DNA of 64,000 nt from Eledone cirrhosa (taxonomy: Eukaryota). The first letter of the stretch is position 1. The number at the start of each line of letters is the position of its first letter. A program made the position numbers and the translations under genes. Below, piece by piece: positions 1 through 11,929 of this stretch. Location: assembly GCA_964016885.1 (NCBI GenBank), contig OZ024760.1, positions 29,140,001 through 29,204,000 on the forward strand, written 5' to 3'. Below the pieces are notes generated by a model, which saw only the letters and a list, made by a program, of their open reading frames with translations, was not told where the DNA came from and did not search any database.

Positions 1-380
1 ATGGTGAATGATGGGGTCCATAATTTTGAGGACAGACGCATAGAGCACGAGAAGATCAAACGGGATGTGCATAAGCAATGCCCTGGAGTATCTCTCGAAA
101 CGATCGGTGTCTCCATTGAATTGAAGTGCCCTGAGTGTGGAAAAATTTGCTTGAGCAAATCTGGTCTCAGGAGCCACAGTTGCAGCCATGTTCAAAGAGA
201 ACCAGTGACCTATGATCTCCACGGTGCTGTGAGGGTTCACGGGCAACCTGATGTAGGACCTCAAGCCAGGGAGATCCAGGAGTACAAGTCTCTAGTAGGC
301 TTCAAAAGCCATATCCAAGCGTCCCACATCTGAATCTAACAAGCGATTGCAATACCCTTGGCAGAGTTTGCAGCCATCAT
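1..380 (+). mobile_element. RTE-clade LINE 3' end (ORF2 C-terminus with C2H2-like zinc finger)
   Basis: ORF 1-333 reads GVHNFEDRRIEHEKIKR...CPECGKICLSKSGLRSHSCSH, typical of RTE C-termini. It ends in a gcagccatcat tail shared with the elements at 10392 and 51163. Confidence 0.7.
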
Positions 381-415
381 ATATATATGTATATAAATAT
401 GTATATATATATATG

Positions 416-467
<52 letters not shown>

Positions 468-527
468 TTGGCTTTTAATATTCATATTCATAAAATCTGT
501 CAATATGTTTGTTGTATATATATATAT

Positions 528-720
528 ATCATCATCATCACCGTTTTACGTCCATGCTAGCATGGGTTAGACGAGTTGTCCTGTTGTGGGCAATGCTAGA
601 TCATCTGACCATGTCTTGCTCATACGGAACTGATTTGGGCTTTGTTTCTACAGCTGGATGCCTTTCCTAACGCCAACCTCATTTACAGTGAGTACTGGGT
701 GCTTTTTGTCGTGACACCTA
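528..720 (-). mobile_element. SINE family C fragment
   Basis: (CAT)n tail, catgctagcatgggttagacg and cagctggatgcctttcctaacgccaacc; inverted homologs at 44650-44835 and 55540-55700. Confidence 0.7.
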
Positions 721-1044
721 CATATATATATATGTGTGTGTGTGTATTTGTATGTATCTGTGTATGCATTTATGTATGTGTGTGTATATATGTGAGGTGT
801 CTTGCAATAACTCGAAAGAAGTTCTCCAATGTGCTACCAAAAATTTCTTACATAAAAAAAGGAGACATAAAGCTTGGTTTGAAGATTAGGAGCAAGAAAT
901 TCAGAGGCTTCAGCGGTGATATAAAAGGACTAAAAGATGAAATTAGAAAACTCAAGAACTGTAATTAATTTCAAGGAATCTACATAGATGTCTATCTATC
1001 TATCTAGTCAACCCATCCATCTATCTACCTATCTAGAAAGGTAT

Positions 1045-2255
1045 TTGCAGAGGAGAAGAATCATAGAGAACTCTATGCAACTCTCAATGCAGTATTGGCC
1101 CAAAGTCCAAAAATCTGGACCTTGTGTGATCAAAGAACAAACCTTCTTTCAACACTTGAAGACATTAACCCTTTAGCATTTACATTACTCTATATATACT
1201 ATTGTATTTTCACAGTAAAGGCTTTACCTCACATAATATCTCACATAACATTTACATTACTCTATATATACTATTGTATTTTCACAGTAAAGGCTTTACC
1301 TCACATAATATCTCGCATAACATTTACATTACTCTATATTTACTATTATATTTTCACAGTAAAGGCTTTACCTCACATAATATCTTACGTAACATTTACA
1401 TTACTCTATATATACTATTGTATTTTCACAGTAAAGGCTTTACCTCACATAATATCTCACATAACATTTACATTACTCTATATATACTATTGTATTTTCA
1501 CAGTAAAGGCTTTACCTCACATAATATCTCACATAACATTTACATTACTCTATATATACTATTGTATTTTCACAGTAAAGGCTTTACCTCACATAATATC
1601 TCACAACATTTACATTACTCTATATATACTATTATATTTTCACAGTAAAGGCTTTACCTCACATAATATCTCACGTAACATTTACATTACTCTATATATA
1701 CTATTGTATTTTCACAGTAAAGGCTTTACCTCACATAATATCTCACATAACATTTACATTACTCTATATATACTATATTTTCATGGTAAAGGCTTTACCT
1801 TACATAATTATCTCACAAAATATTGAATCTATGAGATTTTGAAAGTATTTATTTTGAGAACAATACCTTAACATCAGTTTGAGTGACCAGTTACAGCCAG
1901 TTTCAACAGAAAGAGGTAGAGAATTCTGGCCGGTTTTGGCCGGTTTGAACATTAAAGGGTTAAAGACAGATGGGAATCCAGGGAACTGACATCTGAGACT
2001 AAACTTTAAAGTTTATAACCAATGTGTGACTCCTCTCTTGTTTCATGGAAGTGAGACCTGGACACTCCATCGTTACCATATAAGACAGTTAAGCAACAGA
2101 GCAGCAATAGCACCTTATGTTTATTATCAACATCAAATAGGATCCCAAACAATGAGGTACTGCAATGTACAAAGACTCTCGGCATTGAAACTATCCTCAT
2201 AAGGAATAGACTGAGATGGGTTGGCCATGTCGTCCACATGGAAGATTGTAGACAT
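1045..2255 (+). mobile_element. Degenerate RTE LINE ORF2 remnant, interrupted by a TTAA MITE
   Basis: AEEKNHRELYATL...LLSTLEDI|KDRW is restored when 1169-1963 is removed. Downstream it reads KVYNQCVTPLLFHGSETWT and RIPNNEVL...IETILIRNRLRWVGHVVHMEDCR. Confidence 0.75.
1169..1959 (+). mobile_element. piggyBac-like MITE carrying ~9 copies of a 72-bp internal tandem repeat
   Basis: TTAA at 1165-1168 and 1960-1963; termini CCCTTTA...TAAAGGG; 72-bp unit tttacattactctatatatactattgtattttcacagtaaaggctttacctcacataatatctcacataaca. Confidence 0.85.
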
Positions 2256-2276
2256 TTTCATATATGTATATACATA

Positions 2277-2592
2277 TCATCATCATTTCATTTTACGTCC
2301 GCTTTTTCCCTGCTTGCAAGGGTGGGACGGGAACTGATTCTGGCTTGATTTCTACACCAACCTCATTTACAGTGAGTGCTGGGTGCTTTTTTGCCGTGGC
2401 ACCTCCACGTCCACTTTACAGTGGAATGATATAGACCCCAGTCCCTATCATCTCATTTCTACAGCTGAGTAAACTGGAGCAATGTGAAATAAAGTGTCTT
2501 GCTCAAGGAAACAACACATCGCCTGGTCTGAGAATTGAACTCACAATCTTTCGATTGCAAGGCCAATGCTCTAACCACTAAGCCATGTGCCT
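2277..2592 (-). mobile_element. tRNA-derived SINE family A (A/B boxes, CORE-like middle, GGATGCCCTTCC-type tail)
   Basis: Reverse complement has tggcttagtgg (A box), gagttcaattctc (B box) and ccttgagcaagacacttt; near-identical to copies at 28424, 29872, 40560 and 43094. Confidence 0.85.
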
Positions 2593-2614
2593 ATATATAT
2601 ATATATATATATAT

Positions 2615-2770
2615 GGAGGCACATGGCTTAGTGGTTAGAGCACTCACTGTAAATGAGGTTGGTGTTAGGAAGGGGATCCAGCTGTAGAAATCAAGCCAGA
2701 ATCAGTTCCTGTCCTACCCTTGCTAGTAGGGAAAAGCGGACGTAAAATGAAATGATGAAAATGATGATGC
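2615..2770 (+). mobile_element. SINE family A, internally deleted, back-to-back with the previous copy
   Basis: Head ggaggcacatggcttagtggttagagca is joined directly to ctcactgtaaatgagg through an AGCA microhomology. Confidence 0.8.
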
Positions 2771-2806
2771 TACATATATATATGCATATATATATATATA
2801 TATATA

Positions 2807-3107
2807 CTAGCATTAAAGCCCGGCGTTGCTCGGGGTCAGTAAGTTACCAAAGTTAGGTTGCACCATCCATTTTATGGCAGCACTTTTTTGTCTGCCAGGC
2901 ACTGCGTGAATGAATTGCAGACCTGGACTGCCGAAGCAGGAGCTGATATGGGTTCCATATCATAAAGATTTATCGCTATTTTATTTTTGTTGTTGAATAA
3001 ATTTATCTGTTGCTTTTGAATAATTGTTGTTCGTATGAAATGTAATAAGTTCTCTTCGTTGTCATTGAAGTAAATAAATGTTTGACCATTCCACACTCAA
3101 AAACAAA

Positions 3108-3166
<59 letters not shown>

Positions 3167-3513
3167 CTTCATTTCTTTCTCTCTTCTTTCTCTCTTCTTT
3201 CTTCGGCGTTCCTGAAGGAAGTTTGTAAGTTTAAGCGTATATAAGAGAAAGTTGCAGCATGTATGTAGTTTTATCGAATTTTAAGGAGAGTAGAGAGAGG
3301 TAATCAGATTGTATTAGAGGGGTAAAGCGTCATGTATTTAGTTTTATCGATTATTTCCGTAATTGTGGGTGAGTTTGAAAGATACAAATAGTCGTTGACC
3401 TAAGTTAGACCATTTACAACATTCTTACAGACTTTAAGTCGAATCGGTTTGAAATTGTGCATGGAACATGCACACACACACAACAACAACAACAATTTGC
3501 CTTTTATAGATAA

Positions 3514-3516
<3 letters not shown>
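2807..3516 (-). mobile_element. Non-autonomous Helitron-like element
   Basis: Minus strand ends with hairpin cccgagcaacgccggg followed ~8 nt later by CTAG (2807-2810); 5' TC start at 3510 or 3516 followed by microsatellite; sits in a (TA)n tract. Confidence 0.65.
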
Positions 3517-3579
<63 letters not shown>

Positions 3580-3699
3580 ATAAACATATGTATAGAAAAC
3601 AGCAAGCAGAATTTAAAAATTGAATTAGCTGTTATTGTAGCTTTGACTAAATAAAATAATATTAATAATTTGGTATATAACCTTACTGAACACATACAC

Positions 3700-3750
<51 letters not shown>

Positions 3751-4124
3751 GTTTGTATATATACAATATATATATTTATATATATATACTTAGATACACA
3801 TACACATATATATATATATATACATACATACATATATATATATATATACACACACACACATATATATACACACATAGATACACAATTGCATGCATGTAAA
3901 CAAAACAAACACATGACACACACAATACACAACACACAACACAATACACACTCTCACACACACCACACACTCTCACACACACCACACAACACACCACACA
4001 ACACTGATTGTAACTTTTCTATATCACTGTCACTTCTCTTCTTTCATTAATTACTTAACTTCCTGCGTGTCAACAAGTTAACGAGCCGTATTATACGAAT
4101 GTCAGTTAATTACAGCTTCGCTGG

Positions 4125-4155
<31 letters not shown>

Positions 4156-4306
4156 ATTTTACAGTAACGAGGATAATTAATAATGAAGTCCTATAGATTC
4201 TTAATTTATCTCGTTCTGCCATGACAGAAAGCTGGGTGCTGTCTTTTATATATTGACATTTCTTTGGCTACTTTTGTGTGTGTCTGTATGGCTGTGTATG
4301 TGTAGT

Positions 4307-4352
<46 letters not shown>

Positions 4353-4558
4353 TGTATTACTGTGTGTGTGTGTCTGTATGGCTGTGTGTGGTTGTATGTG
4401 TGTGTGTGTCTGTATCGCTGTGTGTGTATGTGTGGATATATATTTGCATGCATGTATATATATGTGTGTTTGCATGTACATATGCATATATGTATGTGGA
4501 AAATGGATGTTAAATGATGATGATGTGTTTGTGTGTGTATATATTTATATATGTATAC

Positions 4559-4593
<35 letters not shown>

Positions 4594-5162
4594 TGTATAC
4601 ATATATATATATATATGTATGCAAGCATAGAAAAGTGGATGTAAAGTAATAATGATGATGTATGTATATATAAACATGTACACACACATATATATATATG
4701 AATGTATGTATAGTATATTTGGCAATATACTGTACCAATGCTAATATATATATCATCACATCATCATCATTGTATGTCTGTTTGTGTTGGAGTGGTAGTG
4801 TTGGAGTGTCATGAATGGAAGGGAGTGACCATTACAGTTAAACCACAACACAACAAACTCTGTAAATAAGACCAACAGAAATCAATTATTTCAACATAAA
4901 ATCAAGATTTCTATAAATGAAAAGATTAAGAGCACATTAAGACATTCAGTGAACTGTAGTAAATATATGAGAAATTCTGATAAATCAATTTAGATTTTTT
5001 CTCATTAAAATTTAATGTATTCTAATTTTAGCAGGCTAAAGATGTTTTTCTGTTTTTCATTTTTTTTTTTTTTTTGCAATATTTAAAAGAAATATGTCTG
5101 CTCTATCTATAGCCTCGTTAAGGTGGAGGTTATCCTGGTTTCATGGATGGATTATTATCATC

Positions 5163-5470
5163 ATTATCCGGCAGCCTCAGCCGAAATCCACTCAACAATT
5201 GATCTCCATGTGGGTCTGTCGTTCATTGCCGTTGCCAAATACTGGATTTCAATACCAGAATCTCTGGAGATGACATCGAGATAGGAGAGCTTGTGCCCCC
5301 TGTTATTAGTGACTGCTTGTGGTTTCCTGAGCACTAATGGAGACACAGCCTCATAGGTGGCATGGTGGCAGTGGCCAGCAAATCTTACTCTCCTTTAACG
5401 TACAAAATGGATGGTTGGATGGTCCCGTAACTCCTGTGAGGATCGTATGTGTGCCATAGTGACATACAAC
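5163..5470 (-). mobile_element. RTE LINE 3' fragment
   Basis: RRVRFAGHCHH...SPLVLRKPQ...GHKLSYLDVISRDSG...AMNDRPTWRSIV followed by a (TGA)n tail. Confidence 0.7.
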
Positions 5471-5736
5471 ATTTCTAGGGCATTTGTAAACCTGGCAGAG
5501 CCCACTTCCTCTCTAGGTCTGAAGACAGCAGATTTCTTCCACAGAAGAATAGAGAGAGTGAGAGAATGGAAGTGAGAAAGATATATAGAGAAAGAATTGA
5601 CCCCAGTAGCTGACTGGTACCTATTTTTACCAACCTTGAATGGATGAAAGGCAAAGTTGACCTCAGAGAGCTGGAACACATACCACAAAGCATTCTATCT
5701 GATGTTCCAAGGACTCCACCAATCCACCTCCTTTAC

Positions 5737-6762
5737 GTGGTGTTAAGCAACTAAAAATATAAGAGTTCTCCTGGATAGGATGCCAGTCCATCACAGGGTT
5801 AAAGTCTCTCCCAAGCCCTGAGACTCATCAGACCAGAGCTTATACCAGTTTATGTGGTGTTAAGTGACTGAGAGTATGACTCCCTCCTGGATAGGATGCC
5901 AGTCCATCACAGGGTTAAAGTCTCTCCCAAGCCCCGAGACTCATCAGACCAGAGCTTATACCAGTTTATGTGGTGTTAAGTGACTGAGAGTATGACTCCC
6001 TCCTGGATAGGATGCCAGTCCATCACAGGGTTAAAGTCTCTCCCAAGCCCTGAGACTCATCAGACCAGAGCTTATACCAGTTTATGTGGTGTTAAGTGAC
6101 TGAGAGTATGACTCCCTCCTGGATAGGATGCCAGTCCATCACAGGGTTAAAGTCTCTCCCAAGCCCTGAGACTCATCAGACCAGAGCTTATACCAGTTTA
6201 TGTGGTGTTAAGTGACTGAGAGTATGACTCCCTCCTGGATAGGATGCCAGTCCATCACAGGGTTAAAGTCTCTCCCAAGCCCTGAGACTCATCAGACCAG
6301 AGCTTATACCAGTTTATGTGGTGTTAAGTGACTGAGAGTATGACTCCCTCCTGGATAGGATGCCAGTCCATCACAGGGTTAAAGTCTCTCCCAAGCCCTG
6401 AGACTCATCAGACCAGAGCTTATACCAGTTTATGTGGTGTTAAGTGACTGAGAGTATGACTCCCTCCTGGATAGGATGCCAGTCCATCACAGGGTTAAAG
6501 TCTCTCCCAAGCCCCGAGACTCATCAGACCAGAGCTTATACCAGTTTATGTGGTGTTAAGTGACTGAGAGTATGACTCCCTCCTGGATAGGATGCCAGTC
6601 CATCACAGGGTTAAAGTCTCTCCCAAGCCCTGAGACTCATCAGACCAGAGCTTATACCAGTTTATGTGGTGTTAAGTGACTGAGAGTATGACTCCCTCCT
6701 GGATAGGATGCCAGTCCATCACAGAGTTAAAGTTTGTCTCAAACCCAGAGCTTATACCAGTT
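5737..6762. repeat. Highly homogeneous 116-bp tandem array (~9 copies) derived from a SINE-like segment
   Basis: Identical words recur at a 580 bp = 5x116 offset (5901/6481, 5821/6401). Unit contains ggataggatgccagtccatcacagg; a diverged two-copy relative lies at ~39905-40105. Confidence 0.9.
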
Positions 6763-7184
6763 TTATGCTCTAACAAATACTCCAACCCACTGCTGCTGAC
6801 TGGTATTGTACTTATTGACTTCTGAAAAGTTGAAAGTCAAAGTTGACCTTGTGTTATAATGATGGTGGTGGTGGTGGTGGTATTTTCCTATTTTGATGAT
6901 CTTGTTGATGATGATGATGCCTTCCTATATTGATGATGATGATACCTTTTTAGTATTATTGTTATTATGATGATGATGATGATGATGGAGGAGAATATAA
7001 AAAACAAAAAGAAAGCATGAGTAGGAAAAGGAAATGAAAACAGAAGAAAAGAGTCTTTCCTAATTAAGGGATGTTAATTAATTAGATTTCTGGGAACAAT
7101 CAATAATAATGAGAACAATACAATTAATTGCAATTGGATAAAAATATCTGTTTCTTTAAAGTAGAGAAGTTTTATAGGAAACAA

Positions 7185-7530
7185 TGGTTCCTGATTTAGG
7201 CACAAGGCCAGCAATTTTAGGGGAGGGGAGAGTCGGTTAAATCAACCCCAGTGTATTATTGGTACTTTATTTTATCAACCCCAGTGCATTACTGGTACTT
7301 TATTTCATCAACTCCAGAGTATTACTGGTACTTTATTTTATCGACCACAGTGCATTACTGGTACTTTATTTCATCAACCCCAGAGTATTACTGGTACTTT
7401 ATTTTATCGACCACAGTGCATTACTGGTACTTTATTTCATCAATCCCAGTGTATTACTGGTACTTTATTTTATCGACCCCGTAAGGATGAACGGCAAAGT
7501 TAATCTCGGTGGGATTTGAACTCAGAATGT
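7185..7530 (-). mobile_element. SINE family B copy with internal 33-bp segment amplified ~7x
   Basis: ccccagtgtattactggtactttattttatcga is repeated at 7246-7480 with alternating variants; it occurs once in other family B copies. Confidence 0.8.
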
Positions 7531-7551
7531 AACTCGATTATAGGAAATAAT

Positions 7552-7739
7552 TGTTTCTACTTTAGGCACAAGGCTAGCAATTACCCAGTGTATTACTGGT
7601 ACTTTATTTTATCGACCTCGTAAGGATGAAAGTCAAAGTCAACCTCGGCGGGATTTGAACTCGGATCGTAAAGGGACGTAACTATGCTGGAAAGCATGGC
7701 GTCCGACCCTCTACTGATACTGCCAATCCACCGCCCTTG
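7552..7739 (-). mobile_element. SINE family B, full length, with target-site duplication
   Basis: Reverse complement: gggcggtggattggcag head and gagttcaaatccc B box. Flanked by cgattataggaaataat (7535-7551) and cgatttataggaaataat (7740-7757). Confidence 0.85.
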
Positions 7740-7766
7740 CGATTTATAGGAAATAATGTTATAGAC

Positions 7767-8431
7767 CAGTCGTGGACCACCTGCAGTCTGTGAAGCTTTC
7801 TCAATGGCTCCCCCAAGTCACCCAAGTGAAATCTTTCTGATTCTTTTTACCCCAACTTTTCAGTCATAATTTATCTTTCTATCATTTTTACAATCAAGGC
7901 AAACAACATGTACGAATTCTGAAGAAACAAATCAAAACAACCTGAGTTACCGCCCTTGTTTTTAATGTGGGCACGATGTAAATTAGCGCTTGCAGCCCGC
8001 CTGATGATGAGCATTATCTCATGTGGCCCTCCTGGTGATGAGCCATATCTCTTGGGGCCCACCTGATGATGAGCCATATCTCATTGTGGCTCACCTGATG
8101 ATGAGCCATATCTCTTGGGGCCCTCCTGATGATGAGCCATATCTCATTGTGGCCCTCCTGATGATGAGTCATATATCTTGGGGCCCACCTGAGGATGAGC
8201 CATATATCTTGGGGCCCACCTGAGGATGAGCCATATCTCATCCGGCTCACCTGATGATGAGCCATATCTCTTGGGGCCCATCTGATGATGAGCCATATCT
8301 CATGGGGCCCATCTGATGATGAGCCATATCTCATGGGGCCCATCTGATGATGAGCCATATCTTATGTGGCCCACCTGATGATGAGCCATATCTCATGTGA
8401 CCCTTTTCTCAAGAAAAGTTGCCCATGCCTG
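7767..8431. mobile_element. hAT (Charlie-like) MITE with subterminal ~31-33 bp minisatellite
   Basis: Imperfect TIRs cagtcgtggaccac / gttgcccatgcctg; 8-bp TSD ttatagac / ttatagaa; about 12 copies of cctgatgatgagccatatctcttggggccca at 8000-8400. Confidence 0.65.
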
Positions 8432-8463
8432 TTATAGAATGTTGAATTAAACAAGATATATTT

Positions 8464-9102
8464 CTGAGGTCAACTTTGACCTTTTACTGAAGTCAACTTT
8501 GACCTTTACTGAAGTCAACTTTGACCTTTAACTGAAGTCAACTTTGCCCTTTTACTTAAGTCATCTTTGACCTTTTACTGAAGTCAACTTTGCCCTTTTA
8601 CTGAAGTCATCTTTGACCTTTTACTGAAGTCAACTTTGACCTTTTACTGAAGTCAACTTTGACCTTTACTGAAGTCAACTTTGACCTTTAACTGAAGTCA
8701 ACTTTGCCCTTTTACTTAAGTCATCTTTGACCTTTTACTGAAGTCAACTTTGACCTTTTACTGAAGTCAACTTTGACCTTTTACTGAAGTCAACTTTGAC
8801 CTTTTACTGAAGTCAACTTTGACCTTTTACTGAAGTCAACTTTGACCTTTACTGAAGTCAACTTTGCCCTTTTACTTAAGTCATCTTTGACCTTTTACTG
8901 AAGTCAACTTTGACCTTTTACTGAAGTCAACTTTGACCTTTTACTGAAGTCAACTTTGACCTTTACTGAAGTCAACTTTGACCTTTACTGAAGTCAACTT
9001 TGACCTTTAACTGAAGTCAACTTTGCCCTTTTACTGAAGTCATCTTTGACCTTTTATTGAAGTCAACTTTGACCTTTTACTGAAGTCAACTTTGACTTTT
9101 TA
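8464..9102. repeat. 23-bp minisatellite (~28 copies) with a 160-bp higher-order period
   Basis: Unit actgaagtcaactttgacctttt; variant tttacttaagtcatc recurs at 8551, 8711 and 8871. The unit resembles the SINE B segment gaggtcaactttgccttt. Confidence 0.9.
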
Positions 9103-9408
9103 TTCAGTGTTTTTGTTATTTTTCTTATTATTTTCATGTTAAATTTTAAGAAATATGAAAATCGAAGTGGTTACAGTTTACTCCCTCCCAAACCCTGTTT
9201 GGGGTGTTGGGAATCTTTGTACATCTCATGACTCCCAGAACAGGTTGCAGGCTCACCACCAGTTTTTACAGCAAGAGATGGAGACTGCAATATTTATTTC
9301 TGAGCAATTATTAAAAAAAAAAAAAGAAATTCATAAAATTATTATAATTTTTTTTTATTAAAATAAAATTTCTAAAAATAAACCCCATGTTGAATTATTT
9401 CTCACCAG

Positions 9409-9582
9409 GTTGCACAGCTGTCTAAATTTCGTGAAGGAGGAGGTCTCGGTATCAGCTTAGAAGGTACTGTGGACGTAGAAGATGGTGTTGAAATGAGGCC
9501 ACATCATTTTATCCGGTCAATACTTCCAGACGGTCCTGTTGGTGTTAATGGTCAGCTTATCAGTGGCGATGAGCTGCTTGAG
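9409..9582 (+). CDS. PATJ: Patj/MPDZ-family multi-PDZ protein, internal exon A (N-terminal part of a PDZ domain equivalent to Drosophila Patj PDZ3 / vertebrate MPDZ PDZ4)
   Basis: Acceptor ttatttctcaccag|GTT and donor GAG|gtaac; 174 bp = 58 codons, phase 0/0. Translates VAQLSKFREGGGLGISLEGTVDVEDGVEMRPHHFIRSILPDGPVGVNGQLISGDELLE, with a GLGI carboxylate loop and GDELLE motif recognised as Patj/MPDZ. Absent from the ORF track. Confidence 0.93.
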
Positions 9583-9631
9583 GTAACATTTTCACTTTCA
9601 TATTCTTAACTTCCAGCTAAATTTTCAACTC

Positions 9632-10392
9632 ATAATAATAATGAAATTATTGTGTACAGTGCTCAGGTGCACTACAACTCATCAAAGGTGCATGTATAGT
9701 ACATAGAATAATGTACAAATGTCAGGAAAGTGAACAGTGTACGAGTGATGATATATACACAGACACATGGATGCGTGTGTATGGAGGGGGAATATTAGGT
9801 GTAGTGTTGGCGAATTTCAGGAAGCATGGAGGTTTTAAAGGATGCAGTGTCTTGACAGCTAACAACTGATGCAGGCAGTTTGTTCCATGGAGGTTTTAAA
9901 GGATGCAGTGTTTCGACAGCTAACAACTGATGCAGGTAGTTTGTTACATGGAGGTTTTAAAGGATGCAGTGTCTCAACAGCTAATAACTGATGCAGGTAG
10001 TTTGTTCCATGGAGGTTTTAAAGGATGCAGTGTCTCGACAGCTAATAACTGATGCAGGTAGTTTGTTCCATGGAGGTTTTAAAGGATGCAGTGTCTCGAC
10101 AGCTAATAACTGATGCAGGTAGTTTGTTCCATGGAGGTTTTAAAGGATGCAGTGTCTCGACAGCTAATAACTGATGCAGGTAGTTTGTTCCATGGAGGTT
10201 TTAAAGGAGGCAGTGTCTTGACAACTAACAACTGATGCAGGTAGTTTGTTCCATGGAGGTTTTAAAGGATACAGTATCTCGACAGCTAACAACTGATGGA
10301 GGTAGTTTGTTCCATGGAGGTTTTAAAGGATACAGTATCTCGACAGCTAACAACTGATGGAGGTAGTTTGTTCCATGTTTCAACAACTCTGA
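9632..10392 (-). mobile_element. CR1/L2-type LINE 3' end with a 61-bp coding segment amplified ~9x
   Basis: Reverse complement matches the 3' end of the LINE at 23340-24520; the unit (9825-10376) encodes WNKLPASVVSCRDTASFKTSM. Confidence 0.88.
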
Positions 10393-10660
10393 GGGCATTC
10401 TTCTAGGAGGAGGCAACTCAGGAAACTGGGATAACTCCTACATAAAACCTGCTGCTCAGTAGTTACCGATGATGTTGATCTTTTCTTCTTGTTGGGTTAT
10501 AGCTACTGTTGCTCAGAGAGTGGGATTGGCTCAGTGCACAGTCTTTCTTCACTTTAAAAAATCTTCACACACAGGCATTGCACAATAGAATTAATTGATA
10601 ATTATCAATAATATTATATCGTGCAATGGCCATGCTCGATAACTAGGGGCAGCCATCATG
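10392..10660 (+). mobile_element. Non-autonomous RTE-related element (RTE-like 5' motif plus 3' tail)
   Basis: gggcattcttctaggaggaggcaactc...atggccatgctcgataactaggggcagccatcat; internal hairpin at 10576-10628; inverted copy at 51163-51510. Confidence 0.7.
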
Positions 10661-10912
10661 TAAGCATGTGTTTATATGTGAGTATGTATAAATGTTTGTG
10701 TGTATGTAGTGGTGAAGGGTAACAGCACAAACCAGTTAATGAAAGGTTCTCATGCTAACCTGTTTGTCCACTACTTCTCTACAACATACAGCAACCCCAG
10801 GCATATTCCCCCCACCATCACCCTCATGGTCCCAGCAGAGGACTGAATAGAGAAAGTGTTACCACAGCAGAAAGTGGGGGTGATATGTTGAAAGAGCCAT
10901 TCCAACTCACAG

Positions 10913-11751
10913 ACCTCACTCCTCTAGGTGTCCAATTCCACCCCAATAACAGTGGATAGTCAGGTAGGGTCTCATTCCTCTAGGTGACCAATTCCACCCC
11001 AATAACAGTGAGTAGTCAGGTGGGGCCTCACTCCTCTAGGTGACCAATTCCACCCCAATAATAGTGAGTAGTCAGGTGGGGCCTCACTCCTCTAGGTGAC
11101 CAATTCCACCCCAATAACAGTGAGTAGTCAGATGGGGCCTCATTCCTCTAGGTGACCAATTCCACCCCAATATCAGTGGGTAGTCAGGTAGGGCCTCATT
11201 CCTCTAGGTGACCAATTCCACCCCAATATCAGTGGGTAGTCAGATGGGGCCTCATTCCTCTAGGTGACCAATTCCACCCCAATATCAGTGGGTAGTCAGA
11301 TGGGGCCTCATTCCTCTAGGTCACCAATTCCACCCCAATATCAGTGGGTAGTCAGATGGGGCCTCATTCCTCTAGGTCACCAATTCCACCCCAATATCAG
11401 TGGGTAGTCAGGTGGGACCTCACTCCTCTAGGTGACCAATTCCACCCCAATATCAGTGGGTAGTCAGGTGGGGCCTCACTCCTCTAGGTCACTAATTCCA
11501 CCCCAATATCAGTGGGTAGTCAGATGGGGCCTCATTCCTCTAGGTCACCAATTCCATCCCAATATCAGTGGGTAGTCAGATGGGGCCTCATTCCTCTAGG
11601 TCACCAATTCCACCCCAATATCAGTGGGTAGTCAGGTGGGACCTCACTCCTCTAGGTGACCAATTCCACCCCAATATCAGTGGGTAGTCAGGTGGGGCCT
11701 CACTCCTCTAGGTCACTAATTCCACCCCAATATCAGTGGGTAGTCAGGTGG
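10913..11751. repeat. 56-bp tandem array (~15 copies)
   Basis: cctctagg recurs at 10921, 10977, 11033 and onward; unit cctcactcctctaggtgaccaattccaccccaatatcagtgggtagtcaggtgggg. Confidence 0.9.
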
Positions 11752-11929
11752 TTTGTGGACCAAGAACACCAGAAATCTCCACTGCTGTGGGTTTGAAAAG
11801 AAACTTGTTCACCTCACAACTAAAACTAAAACTACAACAACAACAACAGTAACTAGTGTAAGCTTCCTAAATATATTAATTACCTCAGTTATTTTAGATC
11901 AATGGGTGTACCACATGTTGTTATGTAAT

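Noticed and set aside
5737-6762. Minus-strand CTGATGA followed by a perfect GTCTC/GAGAC hairpin in every 116-bp monomer, suggesting a satellite-encoded hammerhead
   Set aside because: The hairpin is followed by TTTAAC rather than GAAA, and no stem III/NUH fits; the word is better explained as part of a SINE tail.
8000-8400. Repeated CTGATGA / TGATGA words (hammerhead core or C/D snoRNA boxes)
   Set aside because: No GAAA partner or terminal stems; it is a minisatellite inside a hAT MITE.
9155-9361. 68-aa ORF just upstream of exon A as an additional exon
   Set aside because: No Patj/MPDZ similarity and no convincing splice sites.
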